From: Catajapyx aquilonaris
Lineage: Eukaryota
DNA: 64,000 nucleotides
NCBI GenBank assembly: GCA_000934665.2
Contig: JYFJ02001035.1
Location: forward strand, 1 to 64,000
Direction: 5' to 3'
Shown here: positions 60,894 through 64,000 of the stretch, piece by piece
How positions within the stretch are numbered: the first letter of the stretch is position 1
How the letters are laid out: every line of letters begins with the position of its first letter
The notes under the pieces: generated by a model
Told to the model about the DNA's origin: nothing
The model's database searches: none
What the model saw: the letters and a program-made list of their open reading frames with translations, nothing else
Program-made: the position numbers and the translations under genes

Positions 60894-63800
60894 TTTTGTA
60901 ATGCAGAGTTTTTGAACCGAGTTAACCCAGATCTATGGTATACTGAAGTATTATAATGGGGCATTAGAAATCGTGTGCTCACCAAAAATATAATAGCTAT
61001 GAGTAATAGGGTCCATACATATTATTCCTTTTCATCATTGATAGCATTTTTGGTACGACGACAAAAATTCTGATATACGCATTTACGTTTTCGAAATAAG
61101 GTAACGTCTGATTTCCTTTCTAATGAGATACCGTTGTCTTCCCAGATTTCAGTCCGGCTCTTTTGATCTTATAGCTGCAAGGCACGTGAGCACATCAAAT
61201 AGGCCATTTATCCCATTTCAGTCCGCAGTACCTTTCAATTATATCCACCGCATTTCCATTAGTTCTCTTCATTTTTCCACCCTGTAATGCCAAAAAATGA
61301 AAATCTACGTACCGTACGTGCAGTACGTGTAACGACCCATTATTCGAGACACACACCCCGAAAAGAAACGCGAATTGTATATCCTTTTAGACCTAACCTT
61401 TTTCCCTACACACACTGAATCCCAACTAAATTCAATTTGGGTAGGTCCAAACGACTCCCACGCTGCATTGACTTTCCCTATCACGTTTGCATTGCTTGGC
61501 TAAAGCCATTACAGGCCACCAAGCCGATTAATCTACAACTTTTTTTTTTATATAACTAGAGCAGGTAATGAGGAACAGGAGAAACTCCCGACCTCACTTT
61601 TTGTTTGCGGTCTATTCGGCAGCGAAATTTCGGCCCTAGCAGGGGTTGCAAAAAGGTGATGATAATCCCCTCATGCAAAAATTTCTACTGCCGTCATGTC
61701 CTAATTAAGTCTGCAAATTGATAACCGGTGCGCTAATAAACGCACTGCACGTGATAATTACACTCACACACAAGACAACATCCAATGCTGGCTACCTTGT
61801 TTTATTAATGAGGTCTAATTAAGCTCTGGTAATGAACCAGGTTCACAACTCTATGCAACAATATATAAGCAGTATAACATATATTGTAGAATTTTCTATT
61901 ATTAATATGTAAAATTTATTTTTTGTTATTTATTTATATTTATTAACTCGTGTTCGACTGACATGAGCCACACTAAATATATTTTAAATTTATTTTTGGA
62001 CAAAAAATAATTCCAACTACTTTAAGACCTCACTAAGGATTGGATGGATTTAGTAGAAGCTCATTCCTAACACCGTCCATCAACCTGGGGCTTACTAATC
62101 CAAGTCCTGCTCTCAGATCCTTCATCCTTCTCAAGTTTCGCCATGGGAAAGAAAACACTTGCGGAACTCGGCCCCAACACCTATTTAGAAGTGGCCATTT
62201 CACGTCTCGGACGTGCTTAAAATGTTAAGGCGCTGCGTCTACAGGGAGACATCAAAGTTGCAAAGAGACACTCAAGGCAATGTCCCAATTAATATTAGAT
62301 TACAGGTGGAGACAAGAAAAATTAACAAACCATGATCTAAGATCAAAAGCATATTAATGACTGCAGCGTTCCGTCTTCAGCCTCTGATTGGCATGAATTG
62401 TAATGTATTAAGTAGGTAATGTATAATACAATAGCTAATAAATATTTTTGTATCTATTCACCAATACATAGTCATACACCAATATAATTATCCATTTTTG
62501 GGAAACTGGGAAGAGTAGCTCTTAAGGGCTTCATAATGTAACGTTTAATTAACAGAATGGAGAGTACTGGGACTTGAAACTGGTATTTGGAAGCAAAATG
62601 TTGGCTCAATATCATCACACTGGAAAAAAAAAGCATGGGACGTGAGCCAATGAAGCATCGAAGGGATATGCAAGTTGGGATAGTGCCCTGTGCATTAATA
62701 TTTTGGATAGTCTGGTTGTTTGGATATGATTACAATTTTCCATTGATTTAATTTTTTTTCATTCTAGTGAATTTTCTAATTTTTTTTTATAGAAGACAGT
62801 TGTTGTACGGTATAGCCAAATTGTAGTTGACGTTTTGCGCGGGTAGTGAACAAGATGCAAAAGATGTCATGTAATTTATCCAGGCATTTGCGATGTGGAT
62901 GGGGGTAGAGGAAACGACTCTAATGTTGGGTGCCATTAGAGGCAGGGAATGTGACGGGAAGCGAGTGACGTAAGGCGTCGTCGTGACGGCGTCGGCATCC
63001 AGCTGCTTCCAAGCCCATAATTTCACACATTCCATTCCTCCATTGCCTGCTCGCTAATTTATGAAATCCTCTACCCTCTCCAATCCTAAGCTGTGCTACC
63101 TCAACCGCACCGATTGCTCCAGCCGCAACTTGTAAATGCAAACCTAGGACTCGGCCTAATTATTATTGCTGCTACGCCTGGGAAATGAGTTTCTTGGTCC
63201 ACAACGCACCCCACCGCATACTTGTCACAATTTAAGGGCCAACAAGTCGCAGACACCACAACCAGAAATGATACATATCGTGGGTATACCGCAGTGAAAT
63301 TGGGTGTACGCGAAAATACTAACATATCATCTAGATATAGTAGTATTTTTTTGTTTAAAACACCTGGTTGAGCTCCGCGGGCATTTTTTAGGCATTTAAA
63401 AAAAAATAAATGTGACGAAACAGAGAAGATCGTGCTACTTTTAGCTGAGAGCTCCTGCCATCTTGTGATATTTGAAGCAAATATGTACTTGCACCATATA
63501 CTAATCTAATTAAATTTTTGAAAAAGAGATTCTGCACATTTCCAAACATATTTACGTTGGTGCCTTTGCCATAATGCTCATTGAAGGAGCTTAGTGTGGA
63601 AGTAATGGTATTTACACAGGCTTTTGCACAGTGAAAAAAGGTGTTTAGCATACCCCGATCCCGACGAGGAAAATACGTGTTGTGGCGTCGGGTCGCGGAT
63701 TAGTGTGAGTGTTAATGGCACTTGCATTATTTGCACGCATAAAAATTGCACCGATTACTAGAGTGACATCAGAGGGTTGGGCATTGAATTGGACAGCATG

Positions 63801-64000
63801 ACATTACACTTTCAATTCTAGCTCAGCACCCTCTCTTTTTTTTAGGTATTTAGAGCAGATCCGACAATCCACATTTGGACTGTAACACAGAAAAAATAGT
63901 GTTGGAATTACGATTTCAGATTGGTTGACGATATTTTTCTGCCACATTCCAAGTTATCATTGGCGTTTGAGTCTCATATGAAAGGGGAATATGTACCGCA

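Overview
Eukaryotic, animal DNA (arthropod-like by protein style and SINE types; species not determinable). The first ~12.7 kb is a compact housekeeping cluster with mostly 53-65 nt GT-AG introns. It holds the 3' part of Mediator subunit MED15 (+, KIX exons lie upstream of the window), a complete 367-aa DRG1/128up GTPase (-) converging on it only 101 nt apart, and a complete 406-aa WD40/SOCS-box WSB gene (+) head-to-head with DRG1 across a CCAAT/YY1-rich promoter. At 20.1-20.8 kb is the first coding exon of a TWiK-type two-pore K+ channel. I could not find its later exons, so the remaining ~43 kb looks like one large intron. That stretch contains tRNA-derived SINEs, MITE-like palindromes, decayed transposase/LINE fragments, minisatellites and several long hairpins. 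There is no CRISPR or prokaryotic system, and I found no strongly supported novel system. The best leads are a structured DRG1 intron, candidate cassette/poison exons, a triplicated CTCF-like motif, pre-miRNA-like hairpins and a possible antisense exon. Gene models were built by hand from splice consensus and frame continuity; family assignments come from recalled motifs, not database searches.
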